A DNA stretch of 64,000 bases from the NCBI GenBank assembly GCA_030527185.1, contig JAUNBF010000004.1, forward strand, positions 30,347 through 94,346. Reading direction: 5' to 3'. The notes beneath the pieces were generated by a model. The model ran no database searches. It had not been told where the DNA came from and saw only the letters and a list, made by a program, of their open reading frames with translations. Of this stretch, positions 63,909-64,000 are shown piece by piece (within the stretch, counting starts at the first letter, position 1; every line of letters starts with the position of its first letter). The position numbers were made by a program, and so were the translations under genes. This DNA is from Planctomycetia bacterium (GTDB lineage: Bacteria > Planctomycetota > Planctomycetia > Pirellulales > Thermoguttaceae).

Positions 63909-64000
63909 ATGCAGGAAAATCCCCTTCACACGCATTTGCGGCTGATTCTGGTTCCCGGAGTGGGGCCGCGCACGCGAAAAAATCTCCTGGACTATTTTGG
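63909..64000 (+). CDS. dprA: Probable DNA-processing protein DprA, N-terminal fragment (runs off the window end)
   Basis: ATG 63909. MQENPLHTHLRLILVPGVGPRTRKNLLDYF matches the helix-hairpin-helix-like DprA N-terminus. Only 30 codons are visible. Confidence 0.45.
   Translation, partial: MQENPLHTHLRLILVPGVGPRTRKNLLDYF

Noticed and set aside
1-64000. Search by eye for tRNA, rRNA, tmRNA, riboswitches, integrases, transposases and toxin-antitoxin pairs
   Set aside because: I found none that I can support. The larger intergenic regions (680-1113, 25336-25634, 37754-38152, 56499-56926, 61406-61695) show only promoter-like hexamers and short hairpins. Small RNAs cannot be excluded without covariance-model scans.

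Overview
This 64-kb chromosomal segment looks planctomycetal. The evidence is two DUF1559/H-X9-DG prepilin-like proteins, two PEP-CTERM proteins, three tandem Tat-signal Gfo/Idh/MocA oxidoreductases and a complete Na+-NQR operon. I can support about 41 protein-coding genes. I saw no rRNA, tRNA, CRISPR array, integrase or transposase by eye. Layout: partial Ser/Thr kinase and ubiX (1-1.8 kb). A carbohydrate block follows: secreted glycosidase-like protein, three Gfo/Idh/MocA paralogues and galM (1.9-9.8 kb). One long plus-strand run carries PEP-CTERM protein, lipoprotein, DUF1559 protein and two beta-propeller/di-haem paralogues (10-19.6 kb). Then come a PHP phosphoesterase and a DapA/NAL-family lyase (19.6-21.9 kb). 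A five-gene minus-strand cluster of unknown function spans 21.9-37.8 kb. Next are an SDR, and a WYL regulator at the end of argB-argD-argF (38-43.3 kb). An AT-rich 2.2-kb islet carrying a DUF262/DUF1524 gene is inserted behind dinG (43.4-45.7 kb). The rest holds dinG, an enolase-superfamily gene, an acidic tail-anchored protein, LysE, nqrABCDEF, an aminotransferase, a UPF0126 channel, a second DUF1559/PEP-CTERM pair, argC-argJ and the start of dprA. The most notable signals are four. (1) The 16-kb cluster encodes a membrane-anchored 2140-aa Ig-repeat protein, a P-loop NTPase, an Hsp70/actin-fold ATPase, a GrpE-like protein and a zinc-ribbon/low-complexity/beta-propeller protein. (2) C10 and G11 homopolymer runs sit just after the start codons of both PEP-CTERM/DUF1559 loci and put the main ORFs out of frame. 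(3) Sense-oriented heptanucleotide tandem repeats (TAATTGA)n lie directly after stop codons and give stops in all three frames. (4) 36-bp direct repeats that duplicate the dinG 3' end bracket the DUF262 islet. All family assignments are motif reading by eye, with no searches run.
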